Made by a program: the position numbers and the translations under genes. The notes beneath the pieces are model-generated. The model was not told the DNA's origin and did not search any database. It saw only the letters and a list, made by a program, of their open reading frames with translations. From contig CP075496.1 of assembly GCA_021613535.1 (NCBI GenBank), positions 1,364,001-1,428,000 of the forward strand: a stretch of 64,000 nucleotides of DNA. The letters run 5' to 3'. Source of the stretch: Adineta vaga. Its lineage: Eukaryota > Animalia > Rotifera. Of this stretch, positions 27,932 through 41,923 are shown piece by piece. The first letter of the stretch is position 1; each line of letters opens with the position of its first letter.

Positions 27932-28828
27932 TTTTGGAACGCCTGATCAACAAAAAGAGATAACCGATGACTAACTTAGAACTCCGATGAGTCATTCAAT
28001 AGAAAATCATGTGACCTAATACATTAGTTCATATGATCGGTATTTTTCACCTTCAACAAAAATTTCTTCTTCTTCTTCTTCTTCTTTCGATTGTATATTT
28101 ATATTCACGTTAGTACGAATAGTAACCGGGTTTTACTTTAGAGAAATAAACACGATAGGTTTTTTTGGCCTAAAGATCTTCATTGGTCGTTCGAGTATCG
28201 TAATACAAACCAAGAAGGAAAGATGACGTTATTCTATATACAGTAAAGATATGTGCAGTTATTCGCCTTGAATAAAGATAAAATTTTAATAAAGAAATAT
28301 TTCTGATTATAATGCACTCTGTTATTATCTATCGTCTAGGTCGTGTTTTTTTTCCTTTTAACTTCTGAGTACAATACACTACCTCAATTGAAATCAAACT
28401 TACTAATAATAACTTTTTATTTTCAAATTCTTTTTCTCAAAAAATTTGATATTTCTTACCTCAATTTCAATACAATCTAATCGCTTTTTTTTCAAAATAT
28501 ATAAATCAATATAAACATCTGTTTGAATTCCCGTTTCTCATTTACATATATATATATACATGTGTGTGTGTATTCAAAATTATCATTTTATCAAATAATG
28601 AGTATAAAATTCATTCGGAGAACGTTTCTATAGAAGAAAAATGTCAACACATTGACTACTAGTGATACATAATTCATTCATTGGTTACATTCATCACTCC
28701 ATTCAATTGGTTGTTGTTTGTTTTTTATTTTCTCTTCTACGACTTTTTTATGGTTTACCTTCTTCATTGACATTTCGTTGACAAAAATTTCAGTCTTTTT
28801 GAATTATAATTTTAAGATTTTATTCACC

Positions 28829-31800
28829 ATGTTCTGCTCAGCAAACGAAACAACCGATGGAGGTGGAATGATTGTTTGGATTGATAAAGGTTTTACCATC
28901 TGTTTTTTTGATACATTAACAACATCAATTTTATTTGGATTTATATTTATTTTTGGTTTAATTCAATACATTTTCTACAAGTAAATTTCATTCCTTAGTT
29001 TTTTGTTCCGAAATCAAATCTCTTTTCATATATTTTTTAGACGATTTGGATTTAAAATTGAAAGAGAATATATTGATGCATCAGTTCTCTATGCTATTCA
29101 AGTTGTATTAACAGTTCTATTAGCATGTGAACCTATATTATTATATGCAACTGAAACAACAGCACTTGGAAAAAATAAAGTAAAGAATTGTTGATGAATA
29201 AAAATGAACATATTCAAATCTGTGTCTAGCTTCCAAGTTATACAATCTTTCGTTGTGTTCTTCGTACATTTGTTTGGTTATTTTCTTTAATAATTCTTCG
29301 AATTGAACGAACAAAAACAATGCCAACAGCTCAAACACGCGGTCATGGTTTAATAATATTAACATTCTGGTGTCTTGCAGTTCTAAATGAATTATTTGCA
29401 TTAATATCCTATCGTTCACCATTATGGTACTTTCAACCGATTGTTCAACAAGAATCATCAATTGAAGAAATTCATTTAGTTCGATTTGGTTATTGGATAT
29501 TTCGATTACTTGCAACTATTGCTGTATTTTGTATTGGTATTCGTGCACCTGGAGTACCACGACGACGTTATGCTGTTATGTTAAATAGATCTCAATCACA
29601 AATCGATGAAGATCGAGTCAAAGAAAGTGTTTGGATTAAATTCTTTCGACATTTTAAAACCTTAGGGCCTTATATTTGGCCACGAGGTCGTATTGGTTTA
29701 CAATTGAATATTCTTGTTTGTGTAAGCATTGTTCTCGTTGGACGATTAGTTGCACTCGAAGTACCAAGATATACGAAATTGATTAGTAAGTTTTCATCAA
29801 GTGAAAAATGATCTTGACATTTTTCTTTAGCTGACGAACTGGTTCAACCAAATAATGGAACAACGGATACATTTTTAAATATTGGAGCAAAATTACGTTC
29901 ACCACAAAGTTGGCCCTGGCGATTGGTACTGATTTTGATGGCTCTAAGATTTTTACAAGGTTTGAAAAGATTATGAGAACAATTTTGATTGAAATTGTTG
30001 TTTTCTTAGGTGCGGGTGGATTTGGTTCTGGTTTATTATCTATCGTTCGATCAACATTATGGGTTAAAATTGATCAATATACAACTCGATCATTGAAAAT
30101 TCGCGTTCTTTCTCATTTACATGATTTATCCTTACGTTGGCATTTAATACGAAAAACAGGTGAAGTAATACGTATTGTCGATCGTGGTACCGAATCTGTT
30201 GATTCTATACTTAATTACATTTTATTTAATATATTTCCAACAATAGCAGATATTCTTATTGCTATTGTTTATCTTATTATTAAATTTAATATTTGGTAAA
30301 TTTAATTTTCGTTTTTTTTGTCGTTCGTATTTTTGTTTTATTAAGGTTTGGTATAATTGTCTTTGCAACGATGTTAATTTATCTTTCATCAACAATTGTA
30401 ATTACTGAATGGCGTACGAAATTCAAAAAAGAAATGAATAAACTTGATAATGCGATTAGTGGATCTGCAGTTGATTCTTTAGTTAATTTCGAAACTGTTA
30501 AATATTACGGAGCAGAAAAATATGAAGTTGAACAATATGGTGAAGCGATTGAAAGATATCAGAAAGGTAAAACAGAAAATCTCCTATAATAGAAAACTGA
30601 TTTTATACTTAAATTAGCCGAATGGATCAATCAACTTACTTTACAATTATTAAATATTGTTCAATCAACTGTTATTACAATTGGTTTAACTATTGGTTCA
30701 TTATATTGTGTTTGGCTTGTTAGTGCTAAACATGAATTAACTATTGGTGATTATATTCTATTTGGTACATATATTTTACAATTATATACACCATTGAATT
30801 TCTTTGGAACATATTATCGTATGCTTCAACAAGCATTTATTGATATGGAGAATATGCTTGATCTATTTGATATTCAACCTGATGTTCAAGATTCTCCATT
30901 TGCAAAAGATCTTGTGATTAATAATGGAATGATTGAATTCGATAATGTTTGCTTTCATTATCAAGTTGAACGACCGATTTTGAAGAATGTTTCATTTAGT
31001 ATTTTACCTGGACAAACTTTAGCGATTGTTGGACCATCGGGTTCAGGTAAGATTTTGTAATTTTAGTTTGATAAAGAAATAGTCTGAGAATTTTTTAAGG
31101 AAAAACAACAATTGTTCGTTTACTCTTTCGATTCTATGATGTTCAAAGTGGTTCAATTAAAATCGATGGAACAAATATAACAACTGTTACACAAAATTCT
31201 CTTCGTCGTTCCATTGGTGTTGTACCACAAGATACAGTTCTATTTAATCGAGATATTTTATATAATATACGTTATGGTCGAGTAGTAGCAACGGATAGAG
31301 AAGTCGAAAATGCTGCACGTACGGCTGAAATGCATGATCGAATTAATACATTTCCTGAAGGATATAAAACAGTTGTTGGTGAACGTGGATTGAAATTATC
31401 GGGTGGTGAAAAGGTATAAAGATCTATTTTTGATAAGTTAATATTTCGATTTATTTAGCAACGTGTGGCCATTGCACGAACACTTCTCAAAGCACCTGCC
31501 ATTGTCTTATTAGATGAAGCAACATCAGCATTAGGTAAATTATTCTTTTTTTTGTATAAAAAATACATTTTATATTTGACAGATACATTAACTGAACGAC
31601 ATATTCAATCAGCTTTACAAAGAGTTTGTGAAGGACGTACAACATTAATTGTTGCTCATCGATTATCAACAATTTCACATGCTGATGTTATTATTGTACT
31701 TAAAGAAGGTGAAGTTATGGAACGCGGTTCACATGATGAACTTTTAGCGAAACCTGACGGCCTATATGCACATATGTGGGATGAACAATCAAAATCGTAT

Positions 31801-31893
31801 TCAAGTCCAGATAAACCAACGACTATTAGTGATGAAATACCTGATGAAACAGGTTTTGCTGCATCTACTACTACCAATCACCATCATCATTGA
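28829..31893 (+). CDS. ABCB6: ABCB6/HMT-1 half ABC transporter
   Basis: TMD0 beginning MFC...[10 protein letters not shown]; LGPYIWP; [24 protein letters not shown]; [12 protein letters not shown]; Walker [10 protein letters not shown]; [14 protein letters not shown]; [10 protein letters not shown]. Confidence 0.93.
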
Positions 31894-32704
31894 TAAATCC
31901 GGTGAAATCTTTCTCTTGCCATATGCCGTCTATATATTTTGCTTTTTGTCTATTTTGCATGTTTATTTTGTTATGTTGTCAATCTCATTGAGAAGAAAAA
32001 CAAAAAGAAAAGAAATTAACGAGATATTCGAGTCTTAGATGTAAAATAAATTTTTGTAGATTTCAATAATAACAACAATCATAAATATATATATATACAT
32101 ATAAGCATTTCTGACAAGAATATGTCATAATGATTTTTTTAATCTTTTCTTTTCTTGATACGGATCATCATTGAGGATTTATTTCAATATTTCCATTTTA
32201 AAAGATCAGATATTTGTTCTGGGTCAATGATAATGAAATAGTGTTTTGAATCTTGATTAAATATCATCGACAGAGAAAGAGAGAGAAATGAATGTACAGA
32301 ACAAGATCATATCAGATATCATTCTCTGTGTCATTCTATCTGTATATGAACAGATGAATTTCAATGTAAAGATTCAATCATCCTTCATTTTATTCATTGA
32401 TTAATTACATCGAAGAAAAAGATTTGTGTATTATTAAAGTTTCTTTCTCCCTTCAACATTGGTTGACTCGCATCGATTATTTCTTTCTGCTTTCGCGATA
32501 TGAATTGTGCTAATCATTAAATCCCATCTGCGCACGGCACCTATAGGGATGAAAATGGCATTCAACTAACTTGATTGGCTGATGTGAAGCACTGTCATCA
32601 GCTACTAGACTGACTTTTATATTGTTTCTTCTCTCTGTTGGAGATCATCTATCATTAATTTAATACACATATTTTTCTTTTATAAATCATCCAAATAAAT
32701 AATC

Positions 32705-33748
32705 ATGGCTCTTTGGGGTAAAATAAAGAGAGAGGGAGAGAGAGAAAAAGACATTGTGATTCTATCATACTTTTTCTCATTTAGAACAAGGTGGTGGTGA
32801 TGGTGGGAATGGATTTCAACAACGAAAAGCTGGAGGTGAAGGTGATCCAAGTATTGGTCAAGTGTGTATTAAAATGATAAAATCTCTTTTGAAGATAACG
32901 ATATCATTTTAGCGTCCAACAGTTAAAGGTGTATTAACTTGTACGATAGCGACGATTCTCAATGCGAAACATTCCGAATCCGATAATTGTTTTGTTTATA
33001 AACATTTTAAATTCAATACTGTTATGATTATGGGTTTAATTCAAGATCTTAATCATGAAGTTAATGGAAGTTTAGCAACATATAATCTCAATGATCATTC
33101 CGGTAGTTCAATTGAAATCAAATGGTGGCATGATGTAAGTTTTTTTTAATGTGATAATCATTTTTAGCAACAAGGTCAATTTTATTTTGATTTCCATAGG
33201 ATATTGGTGAACCACTGAAACCATTTACTTATATTAAAGTGGTTGGTCAAGTAAAAGTATTTGCTGGTAAACCACATGTTGTTGCACATCATGTTACTCA
33301 AATGAAATCCTTAAACGAATTAATTGCTCATTCAATTGAATGTGTTCATGCAAGTATGGTAATTCGAAAACAAGCAGCAATAATTGTATGAATCATTTTA
33401 AAGATAATGATTTCTTTCTTATTTTCATGTATCATTAGAATGGAACAACAAATCGTCCCGGTGTTGCTAATGCTCAACAGATTTCAACAGTCTCTCATGG
33501 ATTTACTCCGGTGCAAATTGCAGTAGTTAATTTTTTAAAAACTGCAACAACATCAAAAGGTTTTAGTACAACAGAAACAAGTAAACAATTGAAACAATTT
33601 AGTGAAAATCAAGTCAGGTAATTATCGATTCAATTAATTCAATGTTCTACATTATTTGTTTAGACAAGCATTGGAATTTCTTTCTGGTGAAGGTCACATT
33701 TATTCAACAACGGATGACGATCATTTTCGTGCTGCAAATAATAATTAG
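32705..33748 (+). CDS. RPA2: Replication protein A 32 kDa subunit
   Basis: Gly-rich N-terminus; OB fold (YNLNDHSG, YIKVVGQVKVF, NELIAHSIECVH); winged-helix end ALEFLSGEGHIYSTTDDDHF. Confidence 0.9.
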
Positions 33749-33864
33749 AAAGATCGTTTGTTTTTTTTGTCAGATAGATTAAATAGTCACTTATGAAATG
33801 AATTGCAATAGGAATTAATCATGTTATTTGTTATTTCTAGATAAATAGAAAAAAGAAAGAAAGA

Positions 33865-35989
33865 ATGGATCTCGATCCAATGATATCGAATATACAAGAC
33901 GATTATTCCTATTCGGATTATGATAATCGTCCGATTCGACCAATGAATCAAGAAGCACTTAATGAAACATTAGCACGATTACCTATTCTTATTGATGAAG
34001 ATGATTATAACAATCGAACAAATGGAAGTCCGGAATCAAATACAAGGTAAATTCATACTTTCTTTAAATCATACTGATGACAAGAACTCTTTTGTTTCTA
34101 GTATAAAAGCTCGATTAACGAATCGTCGTCAACCAATCCTTGCCCATTCAACTAGACGAAAGATTCTTCCTGCAACAGCATCCAGTGTTACCACTACTAC
34201 TACTAATACTACTAATAATAATCAATCTTTATTGCATGTTAATACAACAATTGGAACACCGAAAAGTAATAAACGAAAGTTAGGTGGTTGTACACCAGCA
34301 ATTACTCCATCAGCAAATAAAGTTATCAAACGTTAGTTCTCTTTCAACAAGAAATGTTGATTTAATTGAATTCATTTAGAATTGGATTGTCGACAAGAAT
34401 TAAATCAATTAAAAGAAGAAAATAAACTTTTAGAAGAAGTAAAATATTTTCTTCATCCTTCATAAAAATCATTCTTCTTCTTCTTCTTTTCTAGGCTAAA
34501 GCTAACTTACAAATTGAATGTATTCTATTAAAAAATGTAATTATCTCCTATGTAAAAGAGAAGAACATTACACAGATGAACATTTTGTCCATAATTAGAT
34601 ATGATAGATAAGACGTTCTCTTTCTGATATAGATTAAAGTCTGGAAAATAGAACATTAAGATAATCATAAGATTAGAAAATGTTATCAAAATCCGATTAG
34701 ATACATGTATAAGGAAACATTTCAAATGTTCTCTTCAACGGATAGAAGGTCATACAATTCGATTACATCATATGATCGATTGAGCTAATAAGTAATGTTG
34801 CTAAATATTGTTTGTTAATAGACACATGAAACAGAATTAGAAAATGTCAAACAAGACCATCAACAAGCGATTGAGACACTTGTTCAAGGTAAGAAACTGA
34901 TGTGATATATGATTATTTCTAGTTCTTTTTCTTCTCTTCTATCAAGAACATAAAGTACAACGGGAACAGTTCGATACAACACTTGCCGATAAAGAACAGG
35001 CACTTTCGAAAATTGTAAGTATTGATTTTGGTTATGTAATTTTTTTTTGTATAATAATTATTTTCTAATTAGAATCTTGAACTTGATAACCTACGAAATG
35101 ATCATAGTTTATTATTATTGGAAAAAGAAACATTGGAGAAAGTAATTTCATTTAAATATTATTCCATATATAGTCTTTGTTTTTTATGTCAATAGATTGT
35201 TGCAGAATATCAAATGTATAAAGAAGAAATGACGAAGAAAATGAATGACAGTGAATTAACAATTCAAAATCTTCGAGAAGAAGTTGAGAAATTCATGAAA
35301 ATTCAAGAACAACAAAAACAAGTAAATTACATTGATTTAATCAGATTTCAATTGATTGTTGTCGGTTGATGTTTAGAAACAATCCACAATGAAATCGACA
35401 CTAGCAAATGGTCGAGTATTATTAAAAGGAACATCAAGTAAGTTTTCATACGTGTGAATTGATTTGTTCATCTATTTTTTTTTGTAGCCGATCGACCGAG
35501 AACGGCTGGTAGTACTGCTCCAACAAATACAAAAACTGAATCTATTCGACCCAAGTATATTCAAAATCTTTCGTTTTTTTTAAATTGATTTATTATCTTT
35601 AGAGCTAATGTCAAAGGTTCCAGCACACGTGGAACAGTAAGTCTATAGTATATTGATGTTTGTCATATTAGAATCTATTTGTCTTCGATAGAAAAAAGAT
35701 GAATTGATTACAACACCTTCGTCAGCATCGATTAATACAAGTTTAAATAAGTAACATTCATGAATTATTTTATCTTTTAATTGAAAATTTGATTGAAAAT
35801 TTTAGATCAAATTCTTCGTCTTGTTCATCTGCACCAATAATGAAACCACCGTTACCAAAATCAAAAACAAAAACAAGTGTAATTATTGATGAAAAGAAGA
35901 AATCTATTTGTTCAATGCCATCTATTGATAAACGTACAAGTCTCATATCAACACGTACAAGATCAAAAATCGTTCCTGCAAAATCCTAA
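33865..35989 (+). CDS. Uncharacterised coiled-coil protein with basic Ser/Thr-rich tail, ~13 short exons
   Basis: Chain of GT-AG-bounded exons encoding heptad-rich segments (RQELNQLKEENKLLEE, LTIQNLREEVEKF). Confidence 0.65.
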
Positions 35990-37721
35990 TCAAAATGATG
36001 TTTTTTTTTATCATCGAAAAAAATCTAGTCTTTTCTTTTTCTTCAAGTCTCGATAAACACCAGTCATTGTTGTATATGTCTTGTGTCAGATATTTTTGAA
36101 TTTTTCCTTTTCTTTTTCTTTTCGCAATCTTGTCTATTCAGATTCAGCGCTTCCTATTTACCCTTTTTATTATGTCTTGTTTCAAGACAGACTTTTCTGT
36201 ACAAAATGTGTTGAACTTGAGTGTTGTTCATGGTATTGAATATTGTCATTTATGTATGAAGAAAAATTTTTTTCTTTTTCTGTTTATTTACCCAACTTTC
36301 TCATTTTGTCAAATTCAATTTTTTTCCCTTTTTTCAATGTATAGAACAGCTAAACTTAATATACATATATATATATATACCTGTTTTTTAACAATAAAGA
36401 TCTATATCATATGTTCTTTTCTATTATGACACTAGGAATCAAAAAGAACGAGGTCAATCTCAGACTGGCTAAGTTCAATCCTGAATTATCAAGAAAGTTT
36501 TCATTAACACTCTAATTTCAGTCGATGCAAAAGCTTGATTAGAAATTTTGTTGATGAACTGTGTTGCGACACTACTACTTTAGATATTACGATGGCAAAT
36601 GATGTAATCAAAATTGGATTTATGGAGAGGTATTCTTAGAAGACCATATTTTATAGAAAATCGTGCATGAGTGTACGATTTTTAAAAAAATCATTTCGTC
36701 TTCAAGGGCTAATAATTATTATTTCTAGAAGAATTAACTTTCATTTTGTTGCTAACTCTTTTGAGATGATGTTTTCTTCAAAATCTTTGTAAATAATATT
36801 CTTTTAAATACAAAACAATTCTAACTCGAGATTATCATAATCTATCATCATTATCTGATATCCTTTGTCAAGTAAATTGAATGTTTTGTAAGAATGAAAC
36901 AAAATGTAGGTTGCAACATGAAATACATTATAAGATATTAAATTACTATAAGAAAGTATCGTATGACAGGACCAATTAAATTATGTATACTTTATTGATT
37001 ATACATTTTTTGTGACAGTAATGTGCTTTCATTATGAACGATTCTTTTCTACTGAAAAGGCGAATATGTAGATGTCTGCATGTTTAGTATTTAACTGAAT
37101 TAAAAATTATATTTGAGAGGTGATTTTTAGCTTTAGTTGCTTATTCAAGAGCTTCCTCAATTCGACCATTATTTCTAATCATTTATTTATATTTAACATC
37201 ATCCTGAGATCGAAATCATGAACTTCGTTACAATGTTTCTTTTCCATTCTATTGACACTCAATTAACACTCTCAAGTTTCAATGAAACGTTTTCTTTCTT
37301 GATAATGTTTTTTTTTATAAAAGTAATCATCTAGGTCATGATTACTGACATATTTTTATACGTCATTCAATTAGTCAGAACGGGTAAAATCCCTTTTTGT
37401 TTTATTGCTGATTACTCCGTTTGTTAAAGAGAACAAATGCCTTGTTTTTTTTCTCAAAGACAAAATGTATATATTTGTTTTTCTCCAAACAAAAAATAGA
37501 TCCAATAGGCGAGAAAAAAGAAGGAACCTGTCTAATAAACCTCTTTCGAGTAAGGAATAAACGAAGGAGTATTTAATTATATAATTGACAAGACAAGAAG
37601 CATACACACACATCAAAGAAAAGAAGGTGAAGAGCAATTATTACAGTTTTTCTATTTGTTTCAAATAAATTCTTTTTACTGTTAAATGAGCAATTGAATT
37701 TCTACAGCCGAATTGTTCAGA

Positions 37722-39742
37722 TTAAGCTGTGACTTGCTGTTGTTGTTGTTGTTGTTGATAGTGTGCCATCGCTGCTTCTTGCTGGGAATGATAGAATTTA
37801 TGTCCGGTTGCTTCTGTATGATGGTGTACAAATTGACTTCTTGGTGATCTAAATTGAATATACATTAGTGAAATTTGAGATAATAATAGAAGAAGAAGAG
37901 AAACATACTCAAGAAGTGCAGCTGGACATGGTTCAACTTCTTTTTGCGTATATTCTGTTCTGTACATGGTAGCATCGTCAAATGGTGCTGATGATTGATA
38001 TGCAACACCATTTGGTTTGAATGATGGTTGTGGACCGCCAGGATGAGGAATATAATGACCTAATCAATGAATACTTAGTTAAAAACAAAGCAACGAATCT
38101 TTATCTCTTTATTTTACCTTTATATGTGGACATGCCTTCGAATGGCACATTTGGTGGTGCATAACCAGATTGTGCTCGAATCGCTGGTGGTCGTCCTCCA
38201 GGCCATTTACGAAAATCACCACCATAGGTTGTACTACCATCGAATTTTGCATCAACAGCATGTCGTTCGACTGGTTTAACAGCATTGACTTTCGCCAATG
38301 GTTTAGGTGTAAATTCTGAATTGTACATTGTATTCATATCCATTTCACCTGCTTTTGGTCGATATTCATCTGGTTTATGTGTTTGAATTGGTTGAACTTC
38401 CCATCGTTTGAAATCAGTTTTATTTGTTGTTTGATCATCAAAACGAGCATTTGATTGATAGCCTTGATTTTCTGGCTTCATCGATCGTGCTGGATTACCT
38501 AAAATGATTTCCAATACAATATTAATTAGTTTTTTTTTCTATTAAATTTTTACCTTCTTTTAGTGTAAAATCTTTTTTATGTGTTGTCAATGAATCTAAA
38601 CTGGCTTTATTTGGCATATATTCTTCTCGAGTACGTTGAAAACGTTCCTGCTGTGGATGACGAATATAATCTGCTCGATATCCAGTACGATCATCGAATG
38701 GTTCTTGCGATTGCATAACAGCATGATCAGGTCGAATAGCTTGACGCATAGCTGCTTGATGTTTCAAATAATCTGTTGAATAAGTACTTTCACCTTTGAA
38801 TGGATCCGATGAAGCAACCTTTATAGGAATTAGACAAATTAATAAAAACCTAAACAATAAATAAAATGACAACATACATATCCACCATCATGTCGAATTG
38901 GTTCTGTTCGATTAGCTTCCCATTTACGATAATCACCTATGAAAAAGTAAATGATTGATATTCAATATGAAGAAAAAATATTGACATACTTTTGTATGTT
39001 GGATCTCCTTCAAATGGAGCGGAAACAATTTTTTGAGCTTGATGTTTAATTAATTTTGCTCGTTCACCACCCTTGGCTAAAATTAAAATAAACAGATATT
39101 TATAGAAGAAAAAGAAATGTTTGCTTTATTTTTCACTTACGTGTGTATTCCTTATTATAACTTGTCAAAGAATCGAATTCACCACGTGGAACATAAACTT
39201 CTTCTGGCTTAAATGAGCGTGGTTTTTCCATTGAATGTTTAATGTAATCATGTCTAACATTTCATGTGATAAGTAAATCTTCTTTTCTTTTCAACTGATT
39301 AATAAAACAACAACTTACTTGTGTGTTGTTTCATCTTCTAATGGTGCAGTATTTGTTTGTAAAGCATAATCAGGTTTAAATGATTCTCTTACACCACTTT
39401 CACGTGGAACGAATTCTGAACGATATTCAGTTACAGCACATGGTTGATCACTTTTACCAACAATACCATAGGGACGATGTGGACAACGATGTTTACTACA
39501 AACATAATGAAATGCTGTTAGCAAAAAAACTGATAAATTAAATAAGTCGCTTTTGTTTTTCTTCGTATTAGAGAAAGAATTACGCAGTTATTATATTTTC
39601 CTTAATGCATCGTTGAATAAAAATAAATTAGATGTAAATATTCTTTGAAAGTTTTCTTAATATCCATGACAACAAACAGATGTTTCGATCTAACAAATAC
39701 ATACCCGCATGTACAAATTTGACAAATACATTGTTTAGTCAT
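37722..39742 (-). CDS. SAXO: Stabilizer of axonemal microtubules (SAXO/FAM154)
   Basis: N-terminal MTKQCICQICTCGKHRCPH; repeated Mn-like modules (PFEGxSTY/TTxxxDF); C-terminal CPA and GHKFY. Confidence 0.9.
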
Positions 39743-40102
39743 GATGATTGATTGAGAAGGTTTAAAAAAATAGATTAAACGTTCAAATCGAAAAATTAAT
39801 ATTCACGATAATGATAATATCTATTGGAATTGTAAGACTCGTTCGTATCCTTCAATAATCAATACACATCTGAAGAGGAAAAAAAAAATGAAAGGATATG
39901 AGATAGAAAGATCTCTTTTCCTAAGATGTATATGTGTATATTCGGTTTTTAAATGAATGTTGGTATGTATATACATATAGTTTGCGTTACGACGACGACG
40001 ACGACAACGACGGCGGCAGGAAAGGCAAATGATAAGAGGATTTTAATTTCTCTTTTGTGTTGTATGCTACAGATGGTAACTGAAACAGTCACAGCATTTT
40101 GT

Positions 40103-40115
40103 GTTGCATGGCAAT
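40103..40115. promoter_or_regulatory. RFX X-box-like motif upstream of SAXO
   Basis: GTTGCATGGCAAT resembles the X-box GTTGCCATGGCAAC. Confidence 0.5.
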
Positions 40116-40578
40116 GGACATTAAAATGTAAACACCATTTAAAATGATAAAAATGATATTTTAAAAAGAATTTATCTCAAATAATGTCGTAGATTTACAC
40201 GTAATTATTCACAATCTATAAACCACAGGAAATATCTTGATTTTTAGAGCATTAGCATTAACTGTTTATGTACGCCATCTATGATATGAACTATACAAAG
40301 TTCGATCGATCTAAAGAGAAGATTAAAAATATTATATGTAATCTTCATTAACAATAATTGATCCGCTATAGATTCAGATAACTTTGAATACATTTGATTC
40401 TACAACAAATATTATTTTGAATATTATATTGAATTATAGACGGCATCTAGTTAGAAGATTTCCATTGGGTAGTTCCATCTCATACATATAGCCGGTGTGG
40501 TGTGGTATAGAGAGAGTAAAGTTTCCACAAGAAAATCGACATCGATTTTTCAGAACAGTATATCTTTTGAAAATAAAT

Positions 40579-41815
40579 ATGGCTAATCGTTGGAAATATA
40601 TGGGACATGAGATTGGAGTATGTTTTATCTTTCTCTATTTGGATAATTTCTATGAATTTATTTCTATAGGGTTGGGTGGCAACAAATCCAGAACCCGCTC
40701 AAAGACTTGTCTTTCGACTCGAAAAACATAAATGGAAAGGAAATGGACAATATGCTCGTTTACCTGATCATTATAAACAACGTGCTATTGAACATCTCTA
40801 TGGAGATAAAGAAGATGTTCATGATGTACGAGACAAACGAAAATTTATTGTTAATCATGAAACGGGTGTTTGGTATGAAATTAACATTCGAATGAATATC
40901 TATCATTGAATTCTGTATATTTAGGACTCGTACACAACATGTACCAGTCACTGTTGTACCAACAGTACAAGCAGATCAAGGTTTATGGGGTGGAGAAGGT
41001 GTGTTGATTGGATATGAGGATGGAGTTGTGAAAGATGATTATTAGTAAGATTAAAAAATTTTCTTTCATTTTTATTCTATTTTCAATCTCTTCTTTTAGT
41101 CGGTGCTTTGTCACAGTGCCTAAACTAATGAAATTACTATTCTATAGCGAAATTCTTGATCAACATTATGCTGTTTGTGTTACACGACGTACAGTAGCAA
41201 AAATTGAAGAAGCAACAACCTTTGATCATTATATTCTTAAAGTATAATTTAAATAGAAGAGGAAGAGAAATAGACTTCATAATTATTCTTATTCTTAGAC
41301 TCCCCTTCAAGATCTTAATTCCAAATTTGGTTTCGATCTACGTCGACAAATGTTACATAAATTAGTTAATAATGGTGAACATCTCTGGGCAAATGATTCT
41401 GAAAAACGTTCGATTCTCTTTGAAAAATACAAACAATATCAAATACCTGTAAGTTTAATATCTTGAGAGACTGTTTTACAGTTGAAATATTTAATTTTTA
41501 CAGAAAGAAGAAATCGATTGGATTGGTTTGTTACCTGATGAAGCATTAGAAAAACTTGAAAAAGAAGAAGATGAAACATATAAACAATCTATTCGACCAT
41601 GGAAAGATTTATTTCGTGAATCATTAATTAGTGAACTTTCACGACGACAAAGAAATAATGAACCAATTGATATAACACCAGTATCATCAAAACCGTAGGC
41701 TATCTTTTGTTCTTTTTTTTCAACTTTCTTATATTAATTTTTCTTTACTTCGTATATTTTCAGAATGCCAAAAACCTTAAAAGAAAAGGTAATTAATAAA
41801 CTATGGGGATCATGA
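40579..41815 (+). CDS. MRPL28: Mitochondrial ribosomal protein L28 (bL28m)
   Basis: ARLPDHYK, GLWGGEG, LFYSEILD, VTRRT, FDHYILKTP.DLNSKFG.DLRRQML, EEIDWIGL. Confidence 0.9.
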
Positions 41816-41923
41816 TATATGCACTTCTAATTTTGTTTTTCTTCACTTTTTCATCGCATATTCGTATGCCTGTAGTATTTGTTTGTTTTTTAATAAAAAG
41901 AAAAAGATAATTTTGAACTTATT

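Noticed and set aside
36130-37637. Phe/Leu-rich ORFs and a small hairpin at ~36657-36685
   Set aside because: T-rich 3' UTR and intergenic sequence; the hairpin alone is too short to interpret.
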